Shown here: piece by piece, positions 23,953-36,268 of the stretch
Layout: the number at the start of each line of letters is the position of its first letter
Position numbering within the stretch: the first letter of the stretch is position 1
The notes under the pieces: generated by a model
Databases searched by the model: none
The model's input: the letters and a program-made list of their open reading frames with translations, nothing else
What the model was told of the DNA's origin: nothing
Position numbers and translations under genes: made by a program
NCBI GenBank assembly: GCA_977018835.1
Contig: OZ361260.1
Span: 1,240,001 to 1,304,000 of the forward strand
Direction of reading: 5' to 3'
Length of the DNA stretch: 64,000 bases
From: Minutocellus sp. GHC0000111
Taxonomy: Eukaryota

Positions 23953-24743
23953 TCTACATGTACGTCTACGTGTGTACGACGGAAGGGCACCAAGCGCTTA
24001 TTACCGGTACTTTTTTGTTGTCCGCATCTTCTCGAGAGAGGCGGAGTGCTTCTTCCAATTGTATTCTTCTTTTCTCTGTGCCGGTAGCGCTTGGGATCAT
24101 TGTATGTCTCTACTTGCAGAGATATTGCCACAGTATCCTTTTCACTTTGAACTGCATGTAAGTATTCTTTGGGGATTAGCAAGGCATCGTTCGGTTTCAT
24201 GTCTACACTTTTCCATGACCAATCTCCTTCCTTTCCTTTGACGAAAGGATCGATATCATCATACAGCGATGAGTTACTTTCAGTGGAAGCAAATTTACAT
24301 GTAGTGGGGCCAGGAGGGGCGATCATAACCGTCTTTCTGCCAGCCAACAGTATCAAGAGTGATGTATCGCGGTCCCAATGCGTGACGCATTGGCCAGCCT
24401 CAGTATTGTAGAAAATAATTCCTTTTTGATCTGCTTTCTTCACCTGGAGATTACCAGGTAGGAATCCTGTTCGAGTTGCAACATCGTTTGGAATGTGCCC
24501 TTTGAAGTATCCCTGCATCACCTTTTCCAATCCTTTGATGATTCTCATCTTCCTGGTCCTTTGCCTCGAAAAGTCAATAATTTCTTCTTTCATTTGGTCC
24601 ACATCGCTAATGAATTGTGATGGGAATTTGTTCGGCTTCCTTGTGAAAAGAATCGGCTGGCTAGTACCGAGATTGCAAGCTTCATCCCACCAGCGCTCAA
24701 TGACGCCTTGGCAGCCGGATCTAGTGTTTCGAGGTCTGCCCAT
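23916..24743 (-). CDS. JmjC/cupin-like 2-oxoglutarate oxygenase; 3' end uncertain because the ORF runs into the transposon TIR
   Basis: THWD (HxD)...LAGRKTV...MKPNDALLIPKEYLHAVQS; plausible start MGRPR at 24743. Confidence 0.7.
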   Translation of the reverse strand: MGRPRNTRSGCQGVIERWWDEACNLGTSQPILFTRKPNKFPSQFISDVDQMKEEIIDFSRQRTRKMRIIKGLEKVMQGYFKGHIPNDVATRTGFLPGNLQVKKADQKGIIFYNTEAGQCVTHWDRDTSLLILLAGRKTVMIAPPGPTTCKFASTESNSSLYDDIDPFVKGKEGDWSWKSVDMKPNDALLIPKEYLHAVQSEKDTVAISLQVETYNDPKRYRHREKKNTIGRSTPPLSRRCGQQKSTGNKRLVPFRRTHVDVHVESVFTRPPTKST

Positions 24744-24769
24744 TCTGAATGTGATATCTGTTTCTTGAT

Positions 24770-25883
24770 CGACCCGGGGTTGCTCCACACCCAACAGGGC
24801 ATCGACGCCGGATGTCTCCGTCGCGTTGCTCGGCAGCATTGCTACAGCCCCAGGATCATGGGGAAAATCGTGGCACGGCAGATTCATCAGTACGCCTTGT
24901 ACGATGGGTGGAACATGGACGGCGCATACGACGCCGATGGGATGCAGTGCAAGGCCAACTGCCGGGCCTACACCGATCCCAACCACTACCGGCCCAATGG
25001 CAACGACGAGAGGTGGCACCCGTTGATGGAGGACAACGGACGGGGCTTCAAGGCCTACCAGCAGCACGTGGTGCCCCACATCGGTACGTCGGCCAAGCGG
25101 GCGCTGCTATCGACGGAGGAGTACGAAGGTAAGGACCGGGAGCTGGACGATCCCAAGTACGATTACGACGACGAGGCCGACAGGGTCATCGAACGGCTCC
25201 GCACCCTCACCGACAGCGAGAAGGCCATGATCGAGTTCTTTGACGACAAGCTCGACGTGGCCTTCGTCGTCATTGGTGCCGTCGCCCGGCTCGGTGCGTC
25301 GTTCGAGCAGATATTGAACTACGTTGTCGGTCTGACGGCCTCCGAGTACGATTCCCTCCTCCTGGCTTGGAAGGAGAAGGTCCGGCACGACCTCGTCCGA
25401 CCAACGACGTGGATCAACCGGAAGATGGACAAGGATGAGATCACTACCTGGGCCGGCCCGTACCAGGGCGTCAAGACCTTTGCGGGCAAATACTTCGACG
25501 CTTATGTGCGGGTGATGCCCCATTCCGAATTTCCCTCCGGAAGCGCTTGCATCTGTGGTGCCCTGGCCGAGTACACCGATCAGTGGCTGGATATGTTTGG
25601 TCAGGACCTTCTATTCCCCCCGCCCCAGAATTCCACCAGTATACCCATCCATGTTCCGACGATTCTAAAAGCAAGCTCAAGGACTGAACCCGGCATGACT
25701 CCAGCAGCTGACTTGACAGTGACTTATGCCAGCCTTCAAGAATTGGCGAAGGCCTGCGGAGATAGCCGACTTGATGGCGGCATGCACTTTGAGAGGGCGG
25801 TGGAGGCCAGCTACGAGCTTTGCGATGGGGTTGGATCCCTGGGAGCTGTTTATTCCTCCCATCTGGTAAATAATAAGTGGTAA
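24770..25883 (+). pseudogene. Vanadium-dependent haloperoxidase-like (PAP2 superfamily) gene, 5'-truncated
   Basis: WKEKVRHDLVRP, MPHSEFPSGS and SRLDGGMHF vanadate-site motifs; no signal peptide or N-terminus; starts abruptly ~30 bp from the JmjC start. Confidence 0.75.
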
Positions 25884-26180
25884 ATGTAAATGCACCATGT
25901 TCTTGGCGCAGAATGACAAGGCCCAATTTTGTATAGTCTCAGTTTTATTGTTCATGTCAATACATTGAAAAATTATGCTCTCTAGTCATCTTTTCTCTCT
26001 CATTTTTCGTTCCGAGGTCCTGGATCTGGACCTAGCCAACTCGACAGTCAATCTCAAAGGTTCCTCGCGAAGCTGGCGATCAGTCTCCAAATCCGACAGC
26101 CAACTCGGCAGTCAATCTCAAAGATTCCTCGTGGTGCAGTCGATCTGCCTCCAGATCCGACAGGTAATTTTCCAATGTGT

Positions 26181-27497
26181 TCATGATCTCCCAATGTGGT
26201 TTTTGTTCTTTTGTTCTTCCTCTGATTCGATATCGCTAATCTTATCGGCAAGTGCAGCAAATACAGTTCGGTGGTGCTCGCCGTCTCCTTTCATGGAAGG
26301 GTCGGCACCTTTCCTTAGTAGCAGCTTGACTCGCTCTACCTTCTCCTCGTGGTCAATATTATCACACAAACAAAGGCAGTGAAGAGGCGAGAAACCATTG
26401 TCAGAAAACGCATTGGCATCAACTCTGGGATCATCTAAAAGGAGCTGCAAATGCTGTCTGAACTCTGGTTCCCTGTTCATGAATGCAGCCATATGAATAA
26501 GTTGATAGCCTTCTCTTTGATCAGTCCTTGTCGCTGGATTGATCTCTTCACGGGCCAGTAGATGTTTGAAACATCTAACGTCTGGTGAGAAGGAAGCCAT
26601 CACTACATTGGGAAGATCGCCACTGTTGTCGTACGTGGAAAGGCCTTCGATGGTACCGTTGGGTGTCATGAGACCTTGCTCCAGATGGTATTGAAGGACA
26701 TTGTCGAGGCCGTAGCCGATGAAGACACGAGGAACCGAAAACAGCAAATCAATATAGCGTCCAAACTTGACCTCTACCACACCATCTTCATTTGGTTCTG
26801 CATTTTCAATAATCAGCCGAACATCATCCGGTGACGAACCAGGCTTGATTCTTGTGTCCCCAACACCAGTGATGATGGGGAAGCCCTCAAAGGCAAAGTG
26901 ACGGAACTTTTTGTACTGTCGCATGTCTTCGTCGTTCCACCTCGCTTTTAGCTTTTGCGCAAAGCTTCTGCCACTATTGGGCACAAATATCAGCAATCCT
27001 GTATTTGGCATGTCGTTGCAATCAAAGTCGTCCAATAGATCCTTGTCGATCCCCATGGTGAGCGTGTGCTTTTCCTTTGGTTCGCAGCGGTCCTTCCAGT
27101 CGTTGTATTCCATCCAGGCGAGGATGCGAGTTCTCCTCTTCTCATCGGCGCTGTTGTAGGGCGGTGTTTTGATGGCACAATCTCGGAGATACAGATCATT
27201 TCCAGAAAGATACGTTTTTCGTACGATGGCAGCAGTCTTTGGCCCAACACAAAAGAGAAAGTTCATCATGTCGGCAGTATCGGGAGACACATACCGGGCC
27301 ACGTGGCTCAAAAGTTCCGGTCGCAAGTCGGACCATGTGATGATTGATGCTGGAGAGTTTCCTTGATTATCGCAAACATCTGCGGCAATCTTGGCACGCT
27401 TCGGGGAGGGTTCTTCGGCGTTAGGCGGTGCCGTTCTGCGGCTACTAGCGCTGGCGCTGATGGCGCTCGTGGTGCTCTTAGCGGTAGGCTTCGTCAT
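26181..27497 (-). CDS. Protein with F-box-like N-terminal motif and C-terminal ankyrin repeats
   Basis: WSDLRPELLSHVARYV; VDANAFSDNGFSPLHCLC...VKLLLRKGADP; NLS-like PSPKRAK. Confidence 0.7.
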   Translation of the reverse strand: MTKPTAKSTTSAISASASSRRTAPPNAEEPSPKRAKIAADVCDNQGNSPASIITWSDLRPELLSHVARYVSPDTADMMNFLFCVGPKTAAIVRKTYLSGNDLYLRDCAIKTPPYNSADEKRRTRILAWMEYNDWKDRCEPKEKHTLTMGIDKDLLDDFDCNDMPNTGLLIFVPNSGRSFAQKLKARWNDEDMRQYKKFRHFAFEGFPIITGVGDTRIKPGSSPDDVRLIIENAEPNEDGVVEVKFGRYIDLLFSVPRVFIGYGLDNVLQYHLEQGLMTPNGTIEGLSTYDNSGDLPNVVMASFSPDVRCFKHLLAREEINPATRTDQREGYQLIHMAAFMNREPEFRQHLQLLLDDPRVDANAFSDNGFSPLHCLCLCDNIDHEEKVERVKLLLRKGADPSMKGDGEHHRTVFAALADKISDIESEEEQKNKNHIGRS

Positions 27498-28599
27498 GGT
27501 TCACTGAAGAAATGAACGAGAATTTTCCGCTTCAACCAAAAACCTTGCTGTTGGCTTTTGTCGTTTCCAGGATGGCTCATAACCCATTCCGTGAGACACA
27601 CCTCAAATTTCCCGCCATGAGCATGACGAAGAACGTACTTCCGAACTCTCCAGCGCAACCCAATGTAAACATCCATCGGATGAACTCCTCGATATTTATT
27701 TCAATTGCGCACCGACTTCTTGAAGAACACTCATTCTGAGCTTTCTTCTTCTCAAAATGGCGAATTTCGACCGACGAGAAATGCCGCCAACCCCCACGAC
27801 TGCTAGGTACATTTGCACGGAAAAGTGACAGGAATGTGGTTGAAATGGACGATTGATTGATCTCAATGCTATTGAACGGCGTTTCAATGGTGTTATCGGC
27901 TGTTGGCGAGGGTGGAGTGCTGGCGATGGCATTTTAGCTCCCGTAAAAGACGCGATTCCGTCCAAATTTTATGTCCTAGTATTCCTTCGTGGTGGTTCCT
28001 CAACAACGTTGGGGCTGTAGATGGAGACCAAGCCAATGTGATAACCCGCACAACTTTTGATATTCCAATGCCGTGATAGTACAAAATCAATTTCTGCATT
28101 CCTTCGGCGGTTTGGTATCTCGCAATCCGCTCGTTTGGTGGCAAGTTATAAAATTTTCTTCGGTTTTCATCAATTCGACAAGGGTGCCGATGTCAGGTCA
28201 GGTGTATTGGTTCTATAGGAACGACCCGAGACCGATCATACTCATTCAATTCTGCCCAACTATATATTGAAGAGTTGATTTGGCAGGTTTGCAGAAGGCC
28301 TTGGTGTTTGAAAGTCACTGAAGTGGGGGAAACACAATGAATTATTCATGTGTTGAGATCTCGCTGAACCGCCGATTCAACATAGTATTACCTTCGCAGA
28401 GGCACCAGTGTGGTCAACGGCCTCGACGAAATGGGTTCAATCGGACAAAATACATCTATGTTGAACATTTATAGCATTCTTTGGGCATTTGGGTAGACAG
28501 CTGCGGCAAATTACGGTGCTCTATGCTTCCAGGAAGACGGAAAAACCTGCGTCTGAGCCGCCCGAAGTACCAAGAACGGGCCTGTTTGGTACAAAAATG

Positions 28600-29925
28600 G
28601 TCGATAGCTCGTGTAGCACCCAATGGCAGCTCAGTGGTGATATATTGCAGCGCGATGATGAAAAGTTTCGCGGGGTTCGTCCTGTTCTTGGTCATTCGGT
28701 GGCTACCTTGGTTTTCGTGGAGGTCGACGGCTCGTTTTTCACGAAGGAGCTCGCAAACCACAGTGCCGCCATGGACGACCAAGAATCCACAACGAATGCA
28801 CCCAATATGTTAAAAACGGCGCTCTACATTATCCCTGAGGCTAGGGGCGCTAAGCGGTGTGGTGCTTTTGTCTGTATGGCGTGTTAGGGAGGTGCATCGT
28901 GCTTCTAAGCGGCCCACTCGTTCTGTTTCGGCAGAAATTTTTGTCTATATTGGTGCAGAATTGTGGCAAATCTCATCGATAGCCTCTGTACTTTATCATC
29001 ATCGCTCAGCCATACTATATGAAAGAACATTGAAGCAAAGTTTCGCGGGTTTCGTACATTTCTTTGAGATTCGGTGGCCACATAATGGCTCGTGGAGGTC
29101 GACGACAATGTTTTTCAGGATCTCTCACGCAGACGAATAGGTTCATTATGGATGCCCAAGACATGTCCATGACTGCACCCAATTGCCACCAAACAACGAG
29201 TAATAGTACCCAGGGGATAAGTGACACCAATGCACATGTTGTTCTTGCCGGTGTGAGGAACGGGAGGGGCGGGAGCTACGCGCTAACGGGCCAGAAATCT
29301 CCATTGGGGTGGTAATTTCATCAAACATGGGGGTAGAATATGACCATTGGTGCTTGATAGCGGCTGTACTTTATCATCATCACTTAGGTATGATATAGGG
29401 CAGGACGTCGAAGCAAAGTTTCGCGGGTTTCGTACATTTCTTTGAGATTCGGTGGCCACATAATGGCTCGTGGAGGTCGACGACAATGTTTTTTTTTTCA
29501 GTTCAGGAGCTGGTCACGCACTCCAATAGAAGAGCAAGAGACGACCAAGACATGGCCATGGCTGCATCCAATTGGAATCAAACGACGCCTAATAGTCTTT
29601 CTGAGGTAAGAGAAGCCTAGTGATATGTTGTTTTTGCCGGTTGGGAGGGAGAGAGGGGCGAAAGCTACTTGAGGAAAGGCCAGATTTTCCGTCCGGGGGG
29701 CGTGATTTCGTTGTACATGGGGATAGAGTGTGACCACAACGCTTTTGATAGCGTCTATACTTTATCATCGCTGCTCAATTATAAGATAGGATGGGGCGTT
29801 AAAGCAAAGTTCTGCACAATTCCTGTATATCTTCCTGGCAGAAGGGCCGGATAAGGCAGTGACGAGATTTTGGGGGGCGTCATGCAGTATATATCCGGCA
29901 AGATGAAGGATTCAGCTGCAAATAC
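28600..29925. repeat. Diverged tandem repeat, ~378-bp unit, ~3.5 copies (array 1)
   Basis: Anchor AAAGTTTCGCGG at 28662, 29037, 29415 and degenerate at 29806; shared GTGGAGGTCGACG and CTTTATCATC motifs. Confidence 0.85.
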
Positions 29926-29982
29926 GAAACAGGGCCATAGCAGCGAATAACAACTCCTCCGGTCTCTTATAAAACCACTCTC

Positions 29983-32397
29983 CTATGTAACCATCTTAGA
30001 CTTATTCTCATTTGCAGAAGGATGCCAACGCCGATGACCATCCTCTTCGTCTACTGCTACAAAGGTAACTCCCGAGCACGCGGAAATAATTCGGCAGCAA
30101 ATCTTGGTCCAGTTCGAAGTGAAGATGAAAACAAGTAGTATTGCTGAAACCGTGCCGTATCCAATGATGATAGCGGCGACAAGGCCGTCGATTCCATAAT
30201 TCAGCTTCTAGGTAAAGATAGATGCAAGGGGAAGACATATCCCTACAACCCCAACAACTCCATATACCCAAGTTGCGATGTGGGGTCGGGATTGAGCTGA
30301 AATGATCTTCCACGCGAGGTTGCCTATGCACATGGCGCAATTGCCAGTGCCAATCAATACCAGGGTTCCTTCAAGTTTACTTTTGATGTACTCATCGTCG
30401 GTGAAAAAAGCAACAATGGATGTTGAATTCCACATGAATACTGTAGTCAATGCTGCGGACCAAAACAGACACGCCAGCAGAGACTTATAAGCAGAAATCT
30501 TCGCTTGCCTCGGTTTGGCTTGGCCCAAGTAATAGCCAATGCGAATAACAGCGGCAGTGCCAATACCTTCTGGGGATTCCTCAAAGATTTGCCACACTGC
30601 TCCGGCAACGGTCCAACTAGCAACATCGCCGATGCTGATGGCAAAGATTGTAAGGATGTACCACTCTCCAGAAGCTAGAAATTCGGATATGCATAGAGGG
30701 ATAGCACCCCGAACCATATCTTCAATCAAAGCATCGTTTTGAATACCTTTCATGTCAAACAAACCTTTTTGGAATGGTTTGAGCCATCCCACACAAGCGC
30801 AAAACGAATACATGAATAGGCCATATATCACCGACGACGCCACCTCGATCCAGGCCACTTCCACAAGTCCACAATTGAATTGCACTATGCCTAAAACAAC
30901 GCCGATCACGTGAAAGACGCTGAACAAGGTATCGATTAGAGACATTTGCCATGCTTTGCCATAATTCCTCATCAGATTTCCAAGGGTATCTGAGAAGCCG
31001 TCTTGGACAACATGATACAGTGACATGACCGGGACGTAGGCTTTGGCGAGGCGAGCGACATCATCCCCAAGTTCGAAATAAAGGGCAAAATCATGAATGA
31101 AGTAAATCCAAAATGAATAGACGGGTATAGCGAGTAGCATGTAAAGGCATACCGATAGCTGCACGACGGACCCAGCTCGATAGTAATCACCAGATCCAAT
31201 AGATTGTGCCACCATCACCTCTTCTGCTGCCTCGATTCCAGCCCCGAAAGTTTCTGTAAAGATCATGGCAAGATTTACAACTCCAAAAACGGCCAATGCA
31301 TCAGAGCCCAGGTACTTGGAAATGGCCGCTAATTGTAAAGCACCGAGTACTGCCTCGACCATAGTTTCCATTGTGGTTGGAAATGCAATCTTGGCTATTT
31401 CCCGACTTTCCTTGTCAAATCGAAGAACAGCCCAGAGCGTGTCCCGTCCTTTGATAGCGACATTTAGTTGGTTCGCATCCAAAGTCTCATCGTGGTGGCC
31501 ACTCTTTTTGTGTTTGTTCCAAAACGTTTCATTATACCCCAGAGTAATCGCCGCTGCCATTTCATTGGAGGCCAGTTCTTCCCATCTTTTGGTTATGATA
31601 GCAACTTCCTGCCCTTCATCCCAGGATGTTTCACAGAATCCCAAGAGGGTTGCTGCATTGCGAATATTATCTGGCAGATCTCTCCACTCGCAGTCATCGT
31701 ACGCTCCATGGCCCACCATCTCACCCTCTTCACCGCTACCATCGTCGCTGGTGGTGCTTTCGTCATCGCTGTAGGATCGGTAGAGTGTCTGGTCTCTGTG
31801 ACCAGCTTCGTGAAGGGGGACAAAGAAGGCAGCGAACCGGGTAGCATTGTAGTTCTTACGACGGGCGTTCCCTCGACGAGCGGCAAAGGCCCCATTGTAT
31901 CCAACAAATCGGGAAGGGATACTGGCGTCCGAGCAAGCATCACTGGCACTACCAGGGCCAGCCATCAACGCAACACGTGGGCCGAAACTTTCCGGGGTTG
32001 GCGTGCATGCGCACGCACCAAAGCGAATTGGGCGGATAACTCGCTTGGACATCTTCCGAGCCGCACTACTTGCCCGACGGGCTACACTAGCAGCAATCCT
32101 TTTCATTTTTGTCCACGACGAGACCATTGCCATTACGATAGTAATGACTCTGTTCATTATCCCATAGTTGTGGGTATCATTCTGCAACTTTCGGGCTGAA
32201 GCCGACATGATTTTGCGCTGTTTACGAAACTTGCGAATCAACATCGTGAGGGGACACAGCAACAGGACGAGCAGCACGAGGTAGCCAACTATTAGACGCA
32301 ACAGGAACGGTGCTGGATCGATAGCGGAGTTGCTTTGAACGTACGTGTACGTGTCGACATATCTGTTGCTGTTGTTATTATCGTTCGTCATCGTCAT
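29983..32397 (-). pseudogene. MATE efflux transporter with in-frame TAG at 30208-30210
   Basis: MATE motifs (KYLGSDALAVFG, AQSIGSGDY, IRIGYYLGQAKP). The frame continues past the TAG as KLNYGIDGLVAAIIIGYG...SNWTKI (last TM) to the TAG at 29983. Confidence 0.8.
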
Positions 32398-32910
32398 GGA
32401 TTTGCTACTTCTACACGCATGTAGGAATTCCTATGTGTGTGGGAACATGCCAGCGTGAACAGGGCTAGGTTGGACGGCGAGAAATCGTCAATGAGATGAA
32501 TTGCTTTTTGCCGTGTGGGGAGAGTTTGTGAAAGACAGCCTTCGTAATAAGTTACAGCAGAGCCCACGAGGATGCACATTCAATTCATCGCTTGTCGCTA
32601 TCATCGCATCGGTGTTTGTCAATCAAAGGCAAAGGAGGCAGAAAAGCGAGGCGGGCTCGGTTCATTTGTGGCTCATAACCCTATTGGTCCCGATTCGGGA
32701 ACAGTTTGGACAAGAGGAGCAAAAGGCTCGCCGCCGAAAGACGACGAACCACCCAAGCGGCCGAGAACGTGACGGTCGTGGATGGTCGCGGGGCTTAGAT
32801 GAATGCACCAACTCCCTTGATCGGCATGCGCATGAACTAGTTTTCTTCCAATACATTCCATAAATATCTTTCATTGGGAAACAATATTTCTACCATCTTC
32901 CTGAGCATAC

Positions 32911-34031
32911 ATGGCTCTACTTTACCAAAAGGCTATCGCGCAGCAATTTCCTCGCGCCCTCGCCGCCGTTGGCGGTACGAGAAAGTTCGCTGCCGCTGCG
33001 GCGGCATCTACGCCACCGACGCATGAGTGGCCCAACCATTCCGGGCTGATCACCACGTCACTCCTTCGCAAGAATAATAATTATGGCAAATACGCCGCTA
33101 TTGCAGCTGGTCTGGCCACCGCCCAGTACATTCTTGGCGAGAAAGAAGAATTCTTTGACTATCGATTCATCACCGACAAGAAACCCGAAGATCTCGCCGA
33201 CTTTTATGGCACCGAAGCTTTCATGGATATCTTTTGTGTCTTTCCGTTCATGGCCACCTTCATGATGCGCAGCGGAGAATTTGACGAATTGGGTCACGTC
33301 CACACATTTGGTATGGCAGGACCAGGCAGTTTGGAAGTATCAATAGATTTTGACGAAGTCGAAGAGGATACTTCTGGAGATGGCGAATTGGATACCATTG
33401 CTTGGTTCAACAAACGAGAATCATTTGAGGATAAATCGCCCTTGCTTGGTGGTGCGACACTCTGGCGAATGACCCAGAACTTTGGGTATCATCGCTTGCA
33501 CAATGGCGACGTGGAGGTTATCACAACGGCGAACACTTCAAAGGTCTGTTCCCCATCCGCCTCCTCTTCCAGGCACATGCCGCATACACCTTCTGGGCAA
33601 CCCAGCGCTTCATCACCAGCGAGGAGTTTGGATCCGAAGAACTGGAAGACGAGGCGGAAGAGATTCGCCAAAATGTTCCCGCCTCCGTCCTCAAGGAATT
33701 CATCCACAGTCTTGCAAGCGACTTGGAGGCTTTGAAGAAGACCAGAGACGAAAGGTCTATCGATCAGTACGATGATACCATCAAAAAGCTCAAGGAGATC
33801 TCTACTAATGAGCGCAAATCCAATTTAGCTCACTTTACAACAATGCGTCGTCGTAATTCTTCGTTGGTTCACATGAAATTGACCGTCGAGGACGAAGACA
33901 CTCAGCAAGCTATTGGCGCCGCCCTCCATCAACTTGGCGAAGCCAAAGGCGACAAATCTGCAGCAATCTCTGCGGTAAACAAGCTGCAGAAACATATCAC
34001 TCGAGCTTGTAAATCAAGCAGCGAAGAGTGA
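32911..34031 (+). CDS. Uncharacterised algal-type protein, probably mitochondrial; 1-nt frameshift near 33518
   Basis: Adding one T (GTT TAT) gives continuous EVYHNGEHFKGLFPIRLLFQAHAAYTFWATQRFI... running into ORF 33723-34031. Confidence 0.7.
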
Positions 34032-34164
34032 TACTAGCTAGTCTAGTAGGTCCTCTCCACAATTTTGATTACACGATGTAATGTTAGGAAAACATTTTAG
34101 AAATGAATGGCTTGCATGGTATCATCAATTGCTATTTACGCATGTAGATATGTAAGCTTTCCGC

Positions 34165-35569
34165 CTATTTGTCGCTGCCATTTGCCTTTTCATCATCCAA
34201 GACCATTTCGCAAGAAGGGGGTTCCTTGAGAGTGTCGCCCTTTCCTGGCATGCTCTGTTTCGCAACCTCCAATGCGTCCTGCATCGACTCTTGAATGGCA
34301 CCAACCGTGGGCTCCACGTTCGGCCGGCCGGGACCAACGTTCGAACTATGACCACCCATCTCATGAGATCGTCTGTAACACGCCCAGACCGCATCCTTAA
34401 TAACCGTTCGGAACTTTCCATTTTCCAGCTCATAGATGGCAGAGGCCGTGGTACCAGCAGGGGAGGTAACGGAATTCCTCAAAACAGCAGGATGCTCACC
34501 AGTCTCCATCGCATACAATGTCGAGCCAAGAAGAGTGTGATGGACCAATGTGCTGGCAGTATCCCGCGAAAACCCCATGTGAACACCTGCATCAATCATA
34601 GCTTCCATAAGTAAAAAGATATAAGCCGGTCCAGAGCCAGAGATACTCGTGCTCATATCCTACGGTCGATATAGAAGAAAAAATAATCGGCAAATTGTGT
34701 GAGAAGAGATGATCCCCTAGTCCGTGGGCATAACACTGGAAAAGAATGCCATCGAAGCCACAACTTACAATGAAGCTCTCATCATCTACAAAAATCTCCT
34801 TTCCAAAGGATCCGAGTACTTGTTTGATCTTTTTCTTCTCATCAGCATCAACGGCACCGGTACAACTCCAAACGGTCATGCCTCGTCCAATCTGAGCGGG
34901 AGTGTTGGGCATACTCCTTGCAATCTTCTTCAAACCTGTGCCGTTGATATAACTCGATATGGGCTTGCCGGCAATCACACTGAGCAGAGTGGCACCCTCG
35001 TTCAAGTGGACACCACTCGAGGCATCCTTGGTCAATTCTCTGGCACGTCGGATTTCGTCGTAAACCGTGGGACAATTCTGTGGCTTGACAGCCATGACAA
35101 TCAGATCTGCATCCGAAATCGCATCGGGAATCGAGGTGGAGGTCTGTATGCCTTCGTGTTGCTTCGAGATGCGATCCATCGTCTTGTTGGAGACGTCGTA
35201 GATGGAAACTCGATCTGCTGCCATGATCCCGTCCTTGATGATGGGCGTAATCATAGATTCTGCCATCTTGCCTGCACCGATGAAGCATATCTTGGAAAAG
35301 CTATCGCCGGTACTCTTTGCCGAATCCGACATGGACCTGTAGGTGGGTACGGATGATGAAGTGGAAGAGAACCATCGGCTGTTGATGCTATCCAGATGAT
35401 GTCCACCAGTTGAAGCAGAGGGTAGGCTTATCATGCGGTCCGTTGAAGTGAGGAATGTAGCCGGAATCGCCCAACGCGAACTCACAGAACGAACATTTTG
35501 TGACCTCTGCAAAGTTGTACGGACGTTGCGACTGGTAGCCGCTGCTAGGTTGCGTGCGATGCAGCTCAT
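34165..35569 (-). CDS. proC: Pyrroline-5-carboxylate reductase; intron 34660-34768; mitochondrial-type presequence
   Basis: FIGAGKMA, AVKPQ, RSMPNTP, SGSGPAY, VTSPAGTT. Confidence 0.95.
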
Positions 35570-36268
35570 GTTTGCTTGACTTGACTTTGACTTCTTGTGA
35601 TCAGCAGCAGCCGGAGGGTTGAAGATACGAAAACTGACTGGAACGTTCGGCCAGCAAAGAACAAATCGTGAGACGACGGACAGACCCAATGAAGAAAAGG
35701 GGGATGAAATGTAAACTCCCATAAATGATCCCCCTTCATTCTTTTTTGACAGATGCCACCGCACCGCACCAGCAGTCATTTTTGAGTGGCGGTGCACTGC
35801 GACGTGGCTTCCAAGCGGAGGGATAGCTACAAACAAAAGGCCAGAGCATCTACTAAGCACCCTCTCCTCACCTCCACATCACCCTCATCGGCGGCGGTGA
35901 CATTCTGTCACATTGATTTGGCCGGTACGATCGTATCTTTTGGTTTTAAAAAGTTGAGCAATTCAACGGTTGAAAAAAAAAGACAGCGACTTGTGCCAGA
36001 ACTTCCGGACCTGACACAGAACCAAAGAGAAGAGGACCAAGGTGTTGCCGAGGCCGACCGTTCACTTCGCAAACACGTTGAGTCGGTAGTTCCAATATTT
36101 TGGTACGGTATATTGTGTGCCGGGTCGTGCTTTTCGGGTCGCATCTTTGGGGTTTATCGCAAGCACACAAAACCAGCACATACCGTGTCACAACACTCTC
36201 TTTGTGCGGCGTGTCGGACACCAGCTTTCTCGATACCGAATTGAATTACATTACCAAACACAACCATC

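Noticed and set aside
24744..25079. N-terminal extension of the 387-aa minus ORF
   Set aside because: It is the antisense shadow of the GC-rich haloperoxidase fragment; the JmjC gene likely starts at 24743.
26075..26215. Possible A-run frameshift extending the ankyrin protein (HWEIMNTLENYL...)
   Set aside because: Plausible but cannot be supported without homologs.
28600..29925. Repeat array as a CRISPR array or coding repeat
   Set aside because: Units are ~378 bp with similarity throughout and no unique spacers or cas genes; all frames are interrupted.
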